Shown here piece by piece: positions 50,499 through 60,600 of a stretch of 64,000 bases of DNA. A program made the position numbers and the translations under genes. The notes under the pieces are model-generated. The model saw only the letters and a list, made by a program, of their open reading frames with translations, was not told the origin of the DNA and did not search any database. How positions within the stretch are numbered: the first letter of the stretch is position 1; every line of letters begins with the position of its first letter. The stretch is from Planctomycetota bacterium (GTDB lineage Bacteria > Planctomycetota > JAJSAM01 > JAJVHW01), in the NCBI GenBank assembly GCA_965248445.1, contig CBDFJG010000004.1:896001-960000 (forward strand). Direction: 5' to 3'.

Positions 50499-51374
50499 AT
50501 GGACGTACCCGACATCCGTAGCGCGTGGGACTTGAGCGATCCCGCGGCAACCGAAGAGCGCTTCCGCGACATGTACGAGACCACGTCGTCGGATGACGGA
50601 CGCGCCGAAATCCTGACGCAGATTGCACGCACCAAGGGGCTGCGGAAGCAGTTCGACGAAGCGCACGCGATCCTCGACGACGTCGAGCCGATGCTGCGGG
50701 ACGGCGCGCCGAGGCCGCGGGTGCGCTACTGCCTCGAACGCGGCCGCGCGTTCAACTCCTTCGGAACGCCCGAGAAGGCGACCCCACTGTTCCAGCAGGC
50801 GTACGACGTCGCGCAAGCCGCCGACCTGCACGGGCTCGCGGTGGACGCGCTCCACATGCTGGCGATCGCAGCGAAGGCGCCGCGCGAACAGCTCCGTCAC
50901 ACAGAGGCCGCGATCAAGTACATCGATGAGTGCGGCGATCCGTCGGTGCGGGGATGGCTCGGCCCCTTGCTGAACAACTCGGGGTGGACGTACCACGACG
51001 AGCTGCACGAGTACGAGAAGGCGCTCGAGGTCTTCACGAAGGGCGCGGCGTTCCGTGACGAACAGGGCGTGAGCGAGCAGAGCTTCGTCGCGCACTACAC
51101 GGTTGGCCGCGCGTTGCGCAGCCTCGAACGCTACGAAGACGCGCTGACGAAGCAGGGAGAGGTCCGCGCGATGCGTGAGGACGCAGGAGCCAAGCCCTCC
51201 GGCTTCGTCTTCGAAGAGATTGGTGAATGCGAATTGGCCCTCGGCCGGACGGAGCAGGAGGTGCAACCGCACTTCGCCGAGGCGTGGTCGCTGTTGAAGG
51301 ACGTGCAGTGGATCAAGAACAGCCAGCCCGAGCGTTACGAACGCATTCGCCGGCTGGCCGGCGTTTCGGAGTGA
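50499..51374 (+). CDS. TPR-like protein
   Basis: TQIAR..GL...F..AH, LERGR..NS, DALHMLAI, LNNSGW. Confidence 0.75.
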   Translation: MDVPDIRSAWDLSDPAATEERFRDMYETTSSDDGRAEILTQIARTKGLRKQFDEAHAILDDVEPMLRDGAPRPRVRYCLERGRAFNSFGTPEKATPLFQQAYDVAQAADLHGLAVDALHMLAIAAKAPREQLRHTEAAIKYIDECGDPSVRGWLGPLLNNSGWTYHDELHEYEKALEVFTKGAAFRDEQGVSEQSFVAHYTVGRALRSLERYEDALTKQGEVRAMREDAGAKPSGFVFEEIGECELALGRTEQEVQPHFAEAWSLLKDVQWIKNSQPERYERIRRLAGVSE

Positions 51375-51471
51375 GCTGGTGCATGCACGCGACGCGTGTC
51401 GCGCGCTACACTTCTTGTTCGCGCCGTCAGGCTCAATCTAAACGCGGCGCGTGAGAGGGGGGGGGGGGGAG

Positions 51472-52020
51472 ATGACCGATCAACCGCAGTCACCTCGTGC
51501 CATCACGATCAACAGCGGCCCGCCGAACGTAGCGATCCTGGCGCAGATCGAGCACACGCTGGGAACACAGCTGCCGGACGGCGACTACTGGTACGACTAC
51601 CGATGCGGCGCGTGTGGACTCATGGGCGGCCCCGCGCAGGGATTCCTGCGGCCGGGTCTCGCACTAGGGGGACCGCTGCCGCCGAATGCTTCCGGCGATA
51701 GTGGGACCGGTTGCTTCGTCAACGGGCGTGAACTGCATACGCTCGACATCGTGGGCCTCAATCAGCTCCTCATGCGCGCCGGAGGGCAATGCCTGCCGGG
51801 GCGGTGGTCCCTCGACGCGACGGGAAACCTCGGCCCCGAGAACGGCATTCCGATGATCAACCTCGTGCAGCTCGCGAGCATGGGCGCGCCCGGTGCGTTC
51901 GGTGGCGCGACGGGCGGGGGTGACAACTCGTGGAGCACGCGTTACGCCTCCGGCAACTCATCGGGCGGAGCCGGGTTCATCCAGTTCTCCGGCGGAGGCT
52001 CCGTCAGCTACGGGATGTAG
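51472..52020 (+). CDS. Hypothetical protein resembling plant EDR4/XLG conserved domain
   Basis: GDYWYDY..G..G.MGGP...NASG..TGCFVNGRELH motif; ATG immediately after a G13 run. Confidence 0.65.
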   Translation: MTDQPQSPRAITINSGPPNVAILAQIEHTLGTQLPDGDYWYDYRCGACGLMGGPAQGFLRPGLALGGPLPPNASGDSGTGCFVNGRELHTLDIVGLNQLLMRAGGQCLPGRWSLDATGNLGPENGIPMINLVQLASMGAPGAFGGATGGGDNSWSTRYASGNSSGGAGFIQFSGGGSVSYGM

Positions 52021-52146
52021 GGGCGGGGTGTTGGCAAGCGGCGCGACCGCAGCCCTCCGAAGGCGGCGTAGGAGGGAGACATGCGCCCGAAGCGTGGCCG
52101 AGGATCGCCCCGCGATCCGCCGGCCACGCGCACGGGCGCTCGCTGC

Positions 52147-52866
52147 CTACAGCCAGAGCAGCTTCCCGAACAGCCACGTCACGCCGTCCCAGAGCAGCAT
52201 GAGCGGACCGCGTGTGCGCTTCTCCTTGAGGTTCACGTTGACCTGAGAGAGCGCGAGGTGCTCGTCGAGGAACTTGCGCCGTCCCTCGAGCAGTTCGATT
52301 CGCTCCTGCGTCTCGCGCAGCGCCTGCTCGACCTTCAGCATCTCGTCCACGCCGGTCGCCTTGCGCAACAGTGCGCCGTACGCGTCCCGCGCCTCACGCG
52401 CGTTCTTGAGCCGAACCTCGAGATCGACGTACTCGGCGGTGACGTCCTTCCCGGACAGACTCTTGTGGTTCACTTCGCCCAGTTCTCCGAGCGCCGTGAG
52501 CGCTGACTCGAATCCGCGCACCGGCACCTTGATCGCGTAGTGCGTGCGGCTCGACGAGAGCACGAAGCCCCCGGACGACTCCGCCAGCGCGACGATGGCG
52601 TTGCCCGCCTCGTCGAGGTCTCTCACACCGAGGGTCATCCCGGCCGTGCGGATGATCTTCCGGTTCGCGGCCGCACCGCTGTCCTCTCGGACACGCTGCC
52701 GGGCCTGCTCCGCGTCCGCGTACAGCCCCTCGGCAGCCGGCGCCATGGCGGGCTTCGCCACGCCGCTCGCGGGCGTCCATTGGTCGAGCGCCGTGCTGCT
52801 GCACGCCACCGAAAGGGCCGCTGCTACCAGACACAGGACGACGAGAACGGACGAGCGCACGGTCAC
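52147..52866 (-). CDS. DUF4349 lipoprotein
   Basis: VAC lipobox, RKIIRTA, DVTAEYVDLEVRL, IE.LEGR. Confidence 0.85.
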   Translation of the reverse strand: MTVRSSVLVVLCLVAAALSVACSSTALDQWTPASGVAKPAMAPAAEGLYADAEQARQRVREDSGAAANRKIIRTAGMTLGVRDLDEAGNAIVALAESSGGFVLSSSRTHYAIKVPVRGFESALTALGELGEVNHKSLSGKDVTAEYVDLEVRLKNAREARDAYGALLRKATGVDEMLKVEQALRETQERIELLEGRRKFLDEHLALSQVNVNLKEKRTRGPLMLLWDGVTWLFGKLLWL

Positions 52867-52969
52867 CTCCCTCTGACTGGGGAGTTGGACGCCGCGCGCC
52901 CGCGATCGTTCACGGGGAATCCCGTGGAGGCCGTTTGATCCGCGGCGCAGTTCGTGGAACCGTAGGCGT

Positions 52970-53782
52970 GTGCGCGTTCCGCTCCTGACCCTCGCCCTCC
53001 TCGCTGCCGGCCTCATGGCCTGCGGCGAGAACGGGGATTCCGCCGCCGAGCGCGTCCGCCTGGCCACGACGACCAGCACCGAGAACTCGGGACTGCTCGA
53101 CCATCTGCTGCCGTCGTTCGAGGAGGCCACGGGTCTGCGCGTCGACGTGATTGCGGTCGGGACGGGCCAGGCGCTCGCCAATGCCGAACGGGGCGACGCG
53201 GACCTGATACTCGTGCATGCGCGCGAGCGGGAGGACGCTTTCGTCACCGCCGGCCACGGCATCGACCGGCGCGACATGATGTGGAACGACTTCGTGATCG
53301 TGGGGCCGCCCGACGATCCGGCCGGTATCCACGGCGAGACAAATGCCGCGCTCGCGCTCCCCCGGATTGCCGACTCTGGCAACGTGTTCGTGTCCCGCGG
53401 GGACGACTCCGGCACACACATTCGCGAACTGGCGTTGTGGGAAGCGACGCACAGCTATCCGCGGGACGGATACCTCGAGGCCGGTCAGGGCATGGGGGCG
53501 TGCCTCGTCATCGCGCACGAGAAGCGCGGCTACACGCTGACCGATCGCGGCACGTTCCTCGCGTTCCGAGATCGACTGGATCTCGTCGTTCACGTCGAGG
53601 GGGACGTGAGGTTGCGCAATCCGTACGGCGCGATCCTCGTGAACCCAGAGAAGCACGAGCACGTCAACGCCGACGGTGCGCGGAAGCTGATCGACTACCT
53701 GACGTCCGACGAGGGCCAGGCGGCCATCGGGGGGTTTCGCGTCGGCGACGAGGTTCTCTTCCACCCCGCGCGGGAGCCGTAG
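52970..53782 (+). CDS. tupA: Tungstate ABC transporter substrate-binding protein
   Basis: TTTSTENSGLL signature, VGTGQA, SRGDDSGTH. Confidence 0.9.
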   Translation: MRVPLLTLALLAAGLMACGENGDSAAERVRLATTTSTENSGLLDHLLPSFEEATGLRVDVIAVGTGQALANAERGDADLILVHAREREDAFVTAGHGIDRRDMMWNDFVIVGPPDDPAGIHGETNAALALPRIADSGNVFVSRGDDSGTHIRELALWEATHSYPRDGYLEAGQGMGACLVIAHEKRGYTLTDRGTFLAFRDRLDLVVHVEGDVRLRNPYGAILVNPEKHEHVNADGARKLIDYLTSDEGQAAIGGFRVGDEVLFHPAREP

Positions 53783-53788
53783 CGGGCC

Positions 53789-54484
53789 GTGGACTTCCTC
53801 CTGGACGGACTTGCCGAGGCATGGCGCGTTGTCGCGCGCGGCGACCGCGAGGTCCTGCACGCGGTCTACGTGTCCGTGTTCTGTTCGTTCACGGCGGTGT
53901 CGCTGGCGGCGCTGGTGGCGTTCCCGTACGGCGCATGGCTCGGGCTGACCCGACGGGCCAAGGGCGGCTTCCAGATCTTCCTGCTGCGCGTCGGCATGTT
54001 CACGCCGACGGTGGTGGTGGGGCTGATCGTGTACGGCATCCTGTCCCGTCGCGGGATGCTCGGCAGCCTCGACCTGCTCTACACGAAGGGCGCGATCATC
54101 GCGGGCGAGGTGATGCTCGCCTTCCCGCTGCTCGCTGTGATCGTGCACGGTGTCGTTGCCGGGCTCGACCGGAGGGTCGAAGAGACAGCGCGCACTCTGG
54201 GTGCCGGCCGGATGCGAACGCTCTGGACCGTGCTCGGCGAAGTGCGTCCTGCACTCATCGCGGCTTACCTCACCGGACTCGCCCGGTGCTTCTCCGAACT
54301 CGGCGTAGCGCTCACCGTCGGCGGGAACCTGCGGATGCGTACACGCACGCTGTCGTCGACGATCACGCTGGAACTGCGGCGCGGCGAGTTCGCGCTGGGT
54401 CTGGCGAACGGGATCATCCTCCTGGTGCTGGCGGTCGGCGCCGCGCTCCTGGCGCAGCGGCTCAGCCGGGATAAGACAACATGA
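53789..54484 (+). CDS. tupB: Tungstate ABC transporter permease
   Basis: PTVVVGL, SELG....VGGN....TR motifs; operon context. Confidence 0.9.
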   Translation: MDFLLDGLAEAWRVVARGDREVLHAVYVSVFCSFTAVSLAALVAFPYGAWLGLTRRAKGGFQIFLLRVGMFTPTVVVGLIVYGILSRRGMLGSLDLLYTKGAIIAGEVMLAFPLLAVIVHGVVAGLDRRVEETARTLGAGRMRTLWTVLGEVRPALIAAYLTGLARCFSELGVALTVGGNLRMRTRTLSSTITLELRRGEFALGLANGIILLVLAVGAALLAQRLSRDKTT

Positions 54485-55044
54485 TCCGACTGAACGGAAT
54501 CGAGGTCCGCTTCGGCGACGTGCGCGCTCTCGCGCTCGCGCGCCTGGAGATCGCCGGCGGCCAGCGGCTCGGCGTTCTGGGCGGGAACGGAACGGGCAAG
54601 TCGACGCTCCTGCGCGTGCTCTCCGGCCTGCTCCCGCCGTCGTCGGGAACCGTGGAGGGACTGCCTCCGCCGGGCCGGGTCGTGCTGGTGCACCAGCGGC
54701 CGTACCTGTTCCGTGGGACCGCGCGGGGCAACGTCGCGTATGCACTGCGACTCGGTGACCGCCCGCTCAACGAGGCGGACGAGTGGTTGACGCGGTTGGG
54801 TGCGGCGCACGTGGCGGACCGGCCCGCGAAGGACCTCTCCGGCGGGGAGCGGCGGCGCGTCGCGATCGCTCGCGGGCTGGCGGCTCGCCCCGAGGTGTTG
54901 TTGCTCGACGAACCACTCGCCGCGCTGGACGACCCAGGCCGGGCGTCCGTCGGCGCCGCGATCGCCGCGTTCGACGGGACGCTCGTGGTCGCCGCGCCCG
55001 AACTGATGGGCATCAGCGTCGAACGCACGATCGAGCTGGCGTAG
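54481..55044 (+). CDS. tupC: ABC transporter ATP-binding protein
   Basis: GGNGTGKS, LSGGE, LLDEP; operon context. Confidence 0.85.
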   Translation: MIRLNGIEVRFGDVRALALARLEIAGGQRLGVLGGNGTGKSTLLRVLSGLLPPSSGTVEGLPPPGRVVLVHQRPYLFRGTARGNVAYALRLGDRPLNEADEWLTRLGAAHVADRPAKDLSGGERRRVAIARGLAARPEVLLLDEPLAALDDPGRASVGAAIAAFDGTLVVAAPELMGISVERTIELA

Positions 55045-55059
55045 GCCCGTTGAACCAGC

Positions 55060-55992
55060 TCAGCGACGGCGCAGCGTCAGAGTCGCGAGTCCGGAGCGCC
55101 CGAGCACACGGACGGCGCGTTCGCCCGTGTCGGCGTCCCGCGCGACCCGGACGCGGATGCGGACGCGATTGGCGGTGACGCGCAGGATGCGTCTCACCTC
55201 GATCCCAGCGCCGACGTCGAAGTCGGACGGCACGTAGCGCTCGCGACGGAGCGTGGCGGTGTCTGCGGGATCGACGTCGCGGCGAACCGTCAGCCGCCGG
55301 GTCCTGGCGCGTCGGCGAACGCGCATGCGGCGAGGCCGCACGGATGTGGGGGCGCGCTCGAAGAGCGGCTCGCCTCCGCTGGTCCCGGCGATGTCGAACG
55401 GACCGAGCCACAGGTTCGACCCCGCAATGCCGCCCGTCAGGTTCGCCCAGAACCGGCACGTTTCCACGCACACGTACGCGATCACGTTGTCCCCGTCCGC
55501 GACATCCGGGGATGAGATGCGGACCGGTACTACCCCCGCGAGGTCTCCGTCAGGGCAGCGCAGTTCGACGGGATCGAATCCATCCAGTGGCTGCTCCGTG
55601 CCGTCCAGGAACCAGCGGTTGTTGAGCGCCAGCGTCTGGTCGACGATCCAGGCGTCGACCTCGGGGCTGTTGCACGAGACGATCTCGTCGACAACGAGTC
55701 GCGGGCGTTCTTCCAGTGTGAGAAGCAGCGTGCCGCTCAGCGACACGCGCCGCCCCCGGAAGGAGGTCAGGTCGACGTCCTCGCTTGCGGGGGTGAGGAA
55801 GACAACACGGCTGGCGTCGGTGTCGCCGGCCCCGCCGACCGGGTAGATACCGAACTGCGGCCCTGGGCCGAACAGGAACGGCGCGACGACTTCGTGCACG
55901 TAGCCGTCGATCACGACCGGATCTTCGTCCTGGCCGCTGCCGGCCGAGGCGGCCAGCAGGACGCAGGCGACGAACGGAACGAGTGAGCGCAT
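55060..55992 (-). CDS. Secreted hypothetical protein
   Basis: Signal peptide; acidic N-terminal part, very Arg-rich Ig-like C-terminus. Confidence 0.55.
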   Translation of the reverse strand: MRSLVPFVACVLLAASAGSGQDEDPVVIDGYVHEVVAPFLFGPGPQFGIYPVGGAGDTDASRVVFLTPASEDVDLTSFRGRRVSLSGTLLLTLEERPRLVVDEIVSCNSPEVDAWIVDQTLALNNRWFLDGTEQPLDGFDPVELRCPDGDLAGVVPVRISSPDVADGDNVIAYVCVETCRFWANLTGGIAGSNLWLGPFDIAGTSGGEPLFERAPTSVRPRRMRVRRRARTRRLTVRRDVDPADTATLRRERYVPSDFDVGAGIEVRRILRVTANRVRIRVRVARDADTGERAVRVLGRSGLATLTLRRR

Positions 55993-56127
55993 CGTGACCT
56001 TCTGTTCTTCTGCGGGACGCGCTCTGCGATGCGCCCCGAACCCTGATTCTACGCGGAATCGATCCGGCCGTGCACAGGACCCGGTGTGCGAGCCTGGGAG
56101 GAGACGACAGTCGCGCGAGGGGACGAC

Positions 56128-57054
56128 ATGGGGACGCACGAGTACCAGGACGATCCGCGCAACGCCGGTGTCTTCATCTCGATCAACGGCGAGTTGCACC
56201 GTCGCCCGGACGCGAAGGTCTCGGTGATGGATGCCGGCTTCCTGCTGGGCGACGGCGTGTGGGAGAGCTTCCGGCTGCACGAGGGGACGCTCGTGTTCAT
56301 CGAAGACCACCTTGATCGGCTGTTCCGCGGTGCGGAGACCATCGCGCTCGACATCGGTCGCACGCGCGAAGAGCTTCGTGCCGCGATCGACGAGGTCGTC
56401 AGTGCCAACGACATGCACGATGCGGTTCATGTACGGCTGATCGTCACGCGCGGACTGAAACCGACGCCGTACCAGGATCCGCGCGTCATTTCGAGCGCTC
56501 CGACGGTCGTGATCATCCCCGAGCACAAGCGCGCGAACCCGGCGCGAGCAGCCGGTGGCATCCGGCTCGTGACGGTCGACGTGCGGCGGGGCGAGCAGAA
56601 CGTGCAGGACCCGCGCATCAACAGCCTGTCCAAGCACAACTGCATCGCGGCGTGCGTGGACGCCGCCCGAAAGGGCGGTGAAGAGGGTCTGATGCTCGAT
56701 CCGCGCGGCTTCGTGGCGACGTGCAACTCCACGCACTTCTTCGTAGTGCGGGGGGGGGGGGGGGGGGGGGGGGGGGAGGTCTGGACCTCCACCGGCGAGC
56801 ACTGTCTCGACGGCATCACCCGCCGCAAGGTGCTCGACTTGTGTCACGCCAACGGGATCCCGGCGTACGAGAGAGACTTCACCGTTGCGGACGTGCACAC
56901 GGCGGACGAAGCGTTCGTCACGGGGACGTTCGCGGGGCTGATCCCGGCGATCGAGATCGACGGCATCGAACTATCGGGCGGGAAGCGCGGACCGATGGTC
57001 GAACGCCTGCAGAATCTCTACATCGAACTCGTACGGAGCCAGGTGGGTGGCTGA
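56128..57054 (+). CDS. Class IV PLP-dependent aminotransferase (IlvE/Dat-like)
   Basis: VSVMD.GF..GDGVWE, H..RL, NS.SK, LDGITR, ADEAFVTGT; internal in-frame G27. Confidence 0.9.
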   Translation: MGTHEYQDDPRNAGVFISINGELHRRPDAKVSVMDAGFLLGDGVWESFRLHEGTLVFIEDHLDRLFRGAETIALDIGRTREELRAAIDEVVSANDMHDAVHVRLIVTRGLKPTPYQDPRVISSAPTVVIIPEHKRANPARAAGGIRLVTVDVRRGEQNVQDPRINSLSKHNCIAACVDAARKGGEEGLMLDPRGFVATCNSTHFFVVRGGGGGGGGEVWTSTGEHCLDGITRRKVLDLCHANGIPAYERDFTVADVHTADEAFVTGTFAGLIPAIEIDGIELSGGKRGPMVERLQNLYIELVRSQVGG

Positions 57055-57784
57055 CGACGTCGTCCGAATCTCGATGTGGTCAGGCCCGCGGAACATCTCC
57101 ACCGCGATGATGCGGTCCTTCGAGAACCGCGAGGACGCCGCCGTCACGGACGAGCCGTTCTACGCGCACTACCTCGCGGGTACCGACGTGCAGCACCCAG
57201 GGCGCGACGAGGTCCTGGCGCGCTACGAGACGGACTGGCGCCGGGTCGCGGAACAGCTCGCAGGAGCGCCGCCCGGCACCGCCCGCGTCTGGTACCAGAA
57301 GCAGATGACGCACCACCTGCTTCCGCACGCGGGCCGGGACTGGTTCGGTGCCGTCACTCACTGCTTCCTGATCCGCGATCCGCGCGAGGTGCTACTCAGT
57401 TACGCGAAGCGCTTCGACGACGTCACGCTGGATCTCGTCGGCTTCGTGCAGCAGACGGAGATCTACGACGACGTCGTCGCGCGTACCGGTCAGACCCCGC
57501 CGGTCATCGACGCCCGCGACGTGCTTGAAGACCCGAGAGGGACGCTCACGGCGCTCTGCCAAGCGACGGGCATCCCGTTCAGCCCGCGCATGCTCTCGTG
57601 GCCGGAGGGACCGCGGGACACCGACGGGATCTGGGCGTCACACTGGTACGCCGCAGTCCTCGCCTCGACCGGGTTCGCGCCGTACCGCCCGCGCGAGGGC
57701 ACGCTGCCGCCGGCACACCGAGAGATCGAACGCGCCTGCCGTCCGCACTACGAGCGTCTTCACGCTCTGCGGCTCCGGCGGTAG
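57047..57784 (+). CDS. Sulfotransferase-like P-loop protein
   Basis: MWSGPRNISTAMMRSF, DEPFYA.YL, FLIRDP, WA.HWY..V..STGF. Confidence 0.85.
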   Translation: MADDVVRISMWSGPRNISTAMMRSFENREDAAVTDEPFYAHYLAGTDVQHPGRDEVLARYETDWRRVAEQLAGAPPGTARVWYQKQMTHHLLPHAGRDWFGAVTHCFLIRDPREVLLSYAKRFDDVTLDLVGFVQQTEIYDDVVARTGQTPPVIDARDVLEDPRGTLTALCQATGIPFSPRMLSWPEGPRDTDGIWASHWYAAVLASTGFAPYRPREGTLPPAHREIERACRPHYERLHALRLRR

Positions 57785-57867
57785 GTCCACCGAGGGGCCG
57801 CAGGACCCCCGTCTGTACGATGTGGGCACATAGGCTGTGTGCATGCCCACCACCGCAATCCTCGTGT

Positions 57868-60600
57868 TCAGCCCGCTGTTGTTGGGCTTCGCGGCTCTGC
57901 TGACACTGGAGTTGCTTGCGGGTGCAGTGAGCTTCGCGTTGTCGCTGCTGCGCCGCGCGCGCTAGCCCCGATACGCACGACGTGCGCACCGGCGATCTGC
58001 GCCGCGCGTTCCGGTCGGCACGTGAGCAGGACAATCTGCACGTCGTTTCCCGCACGGGACAGCACCGCGCCCATTCGCGCCAGCCGGTCGGGATCGCTGT
58101 GGCCCAGCGCGTCGTCGAGGATGAGCGGGACGCCGCCGCTCTCCGAGACCAGCTTGGCAGCGGCGATGCGGGCGATCAGCGCCAGCTGCTCACGCGCCCC
58201 GACGCTCAGGGAGCGGAACGGTACCGTGCGGCCGCCGAGCGTGCGCGCTGCGAGCGCGAGATGCTCGTCGAGGTCGATCGCGAAGTCCTCTCCGAACACG
58301 TAGCGTCCCAGGTCGTCGATGCGCGCTGCGAGCGGCGCACGGTACGCACGACGGGCGGCGTCGCGGTGGCCCCGCAGCGTCTCGGAGAGCAGGTGGGCTG
58401 CGTTCATGCGCCTGCGCGCCGCGTCGTGCGCGTAGCTCGCTCGGTCGCGCGTCGCGACGGTCTCCGCGAGTCGTTCGCCGATGCCCTGGGCGCCCAGGAT
58501 CTCGACGCGCGCCAGTAGTCCCGACGTCTCCCGGCCGATCTCCTGCTCGCGGGACTCCGCACGGTGGAGCGCCTCGTGCGCTCCCGCAAGCGCGGCGTCG
58601 ACCAGCTCGGGTGAGGCCCGTTCGAGTGCGTTGCGTGCCGTGTTGGCGCGCAGCGCATGCTCGGCCGCGAGTTCTCGCGCGGCCACGGCGGCGGCCCGCA
58701 GGGCCTCGTCCGATCGGTGCGACCGCTGCTCTGCCAGTCGCGTCGCCTCCGCCCGGTGGGCGCCGACGAGTTCGCTCCGGTCCCTGAGGTCTGAGAGATC
58801 GCGATCTTGTAGCGACTGGACCAGCGTGCGGGAGTCCGCGACCTCGGTTTCGGCGCGCGTCAGTGCCGCAGCCACGCGGTCCCGCTCGGACTCCGCTTGC
58901 TCCGCGAGCGCCTTCGAAGTCTCGAAGTCGGGTGCGAGTGCGGGCGCTGCGACGTCCTGCGCCCGCTCGCCCGCGTAGCCGGCGACCCGGTCTGTGCGGC
59001 CCGCCAACTTGTGCCGCAGTTCGGTTTCGTCGAGATCCCGCAGTGCGCCTCGTTCGTCCTCGTCGGCGCGACGGAGCTCGTCGACGGCGCGCTCGCGTGC
59101 TCGGTGGGACTCGAGCGCACCCTCGAACGACGTCACGCCGGCGCCGTCGAGCAACGCCGCGAACGCGGCTTCTGCGGCGTCCCGCGCGCGGCGGGCATCG
59201 ACACCGGCGCCCGACTGGACCGTGACGCGGGCGAGCTCCCCGATGCGGATCGACGTCGCGTCCTCGACGGTGTGCTGCTGCTCCGACCCCGCGGGAACGC
59301 GGGATCCGTCGCCGTCGACGTCGATCTCGACATCCGCCAGTGCCTCGATACGCACAGACGCCGCCTCGGCGGCGGCGCGCGCGCGGGCCTGCGTCGCGAG
59401 CATGTGCGCGTCGCGGATCGCGGCCAGCGAGTCGTCATCGACGCGCCCCCGGTCGAGCGTGGCGGCCGCTTCGGTGCGCCGCGTGCGGGCGCCCTCGAGA
59501 CGCTTGACGCGCTCGGCGAACTGTTCGCGCTCGATCTCGTGGCGTCGGAACTCGCGATCGTCCGTGCGGCGGCGCAGGAGCCGCGCGGCCGTCTCGGCCT
59601 CCGCGCGAGCTGCGACGAGGGCCGCGTCGGCGTTCGCGAGGCGTCGGCGGACCGCCTGGAGTTCGGGAGCTGAGCCCTGACGCTCCTCGTCGAACGCGGT
59701 GAGAGCGCTCTCGGCGTCCGCGACCACTTCGATCGCCGCCACGCGCTCGTCGCGCTCGCGTACCGCGCGTTCGGCCGCACCGCGCGCGTGATCCGCCGCA
59801 GCCTGCAGTCGGTCGCGATCCCGCCGTTTCTCGTCGAGAGTTGCCTTCTCCGCCGCGCATCGCTCGACCTGCTCTTGCAGCGTCGGACGGCGTGCGACGA
59901 GCTCCGCGCGCTCTCGACGGAGTCGCTCCAGGTCGACGATCGCTTCGTCGGTCGCACGCACCGTGTCGCTCAGCTCGGCGACACGCGCTTCCGCTGCGGT
60001 CAGCGCAGCGGCGAGGTCGGTCACAGCCTTGAGAGGGTTGCCCGACTTGCCGACGTACCGCGCCGCCTCGGCCGCCGCAGCCGCGAACAACGACTCGGCT
60101 GCCGTCTGCTCCGCCGCTCCGCCGCCCGCTCTCTCGAGAGCAGAGACGAGCGAGCGCCCCGAGAGGTCCGGGGCGTCGCGCCCGTCGCCCTGCGCGATTC
60201 GCAGCGCGCGCCAGAGCGCCAGATCGACGGTCTCCGTCAAGATGGCCAACGCCCGTTCGTGGGCCTCGCGTCCGGTGTGACTCTCCGGCCGAGGTGCAGT
60301 GACCGTGAGCGTGGTCTGGGAGCGCTTGTGGAATCGCTTCTCGTACGTGAAGCGATACGGCCCCGCCTCGATCTCCGCACTGACCTCGGCGCCCTCGTCG
60401 CGGTGCACGGGCTTCACGTCGCGCACTGGCAGCGCCTTCGAGCTGTCCTGGAAGTCGAGCAGCAGATCGAGCGCCTCGGCGAGGCTCGATTTGCCGGTCT
60501 CGTTCGCGCCTTCGACCACGGTGACGCCCGTCCGGCCGAACACCGCGTTGCACTCGTCGACTCCTCGGAAGTTGCGGACGGAGAGGCGCAGGAGCCTCAT
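57868..60600 (-). CDS. Rad50/SbcC-like (YhaN-type) coiled-coil ATPase
   Basis: GANETGKS, long coiled coil, LSVGAREQL, LDDALGHSD. Confidence 0.9.
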   Translation of the reverse strand: MRLLRLSVRNFRGVDECNAVFGRTGVTVVEGANETGKSSLAEALDLLLDFQDSSKALPVRDVKPVHRDEGAEVSAEIEAGPYRFTYEKRFHKRSQTTLTVTAPRPESHTGREAHERALAILTETVDLALWRALRIAQGDGRDAPDLSGRSLVSALERAGGGAAEQTAAESLFAAAAAEAARYVGKSGNPLKAVTDLAAALTAAEARVAELSDTVRATDEAIVDLERLRRERAELVARRPTLQEQVERCAAEKATLDEKRRDRDRLQAAADHARGAAERAVRERDERVAAIEVVADAESALTAFDEERQGSAPELQAVRRRLANADAALVAARAEAETAARLLRRRTDDREFRRHEIEREQFAERVKRLEGARTRRTEAAATLDRGRVDDDSLAAIRDAHMLATQARARAAAEAASVRIEALADVEIDVDGDGSRVPAGSEQQHTVEDATSIRIGELARVTVQSGAGVDARRARDAAEAAFAALLDGAGVTSFEGALESHRARERAVDELRRADEDERGALRDLDETELRHKLAGRTDRVAGYAGERAQDVAAPALAPDFETSKALAEQAESERDRVAAALTRAETEVADSRTLVQSLQDRDLSDLRDRSELVGAHRAEATRLAEQRSHRSDEALRAAAVAARELAAEHALRANTARNALERASPELVDAALAGAHEALHRAESREQEIGRETSGLLARVEILGAQGIGERLAETVATRDRASYAHDAARRRMNAAHLLSETLRGHRDAARRAYRAPLAARIDDLGRYVFGEDFAIDLDEHLALAARTLGGRTVPFRSLSVGAREQLALIARIAAAKLVSESGGVPLILDDALGHSDPDRLARMGAVLSRAGNDVQIVLLTCRPERAAQIAGAHVVRIGASARGAAATTRSSLHPQATPVSAEPRSPTTAG

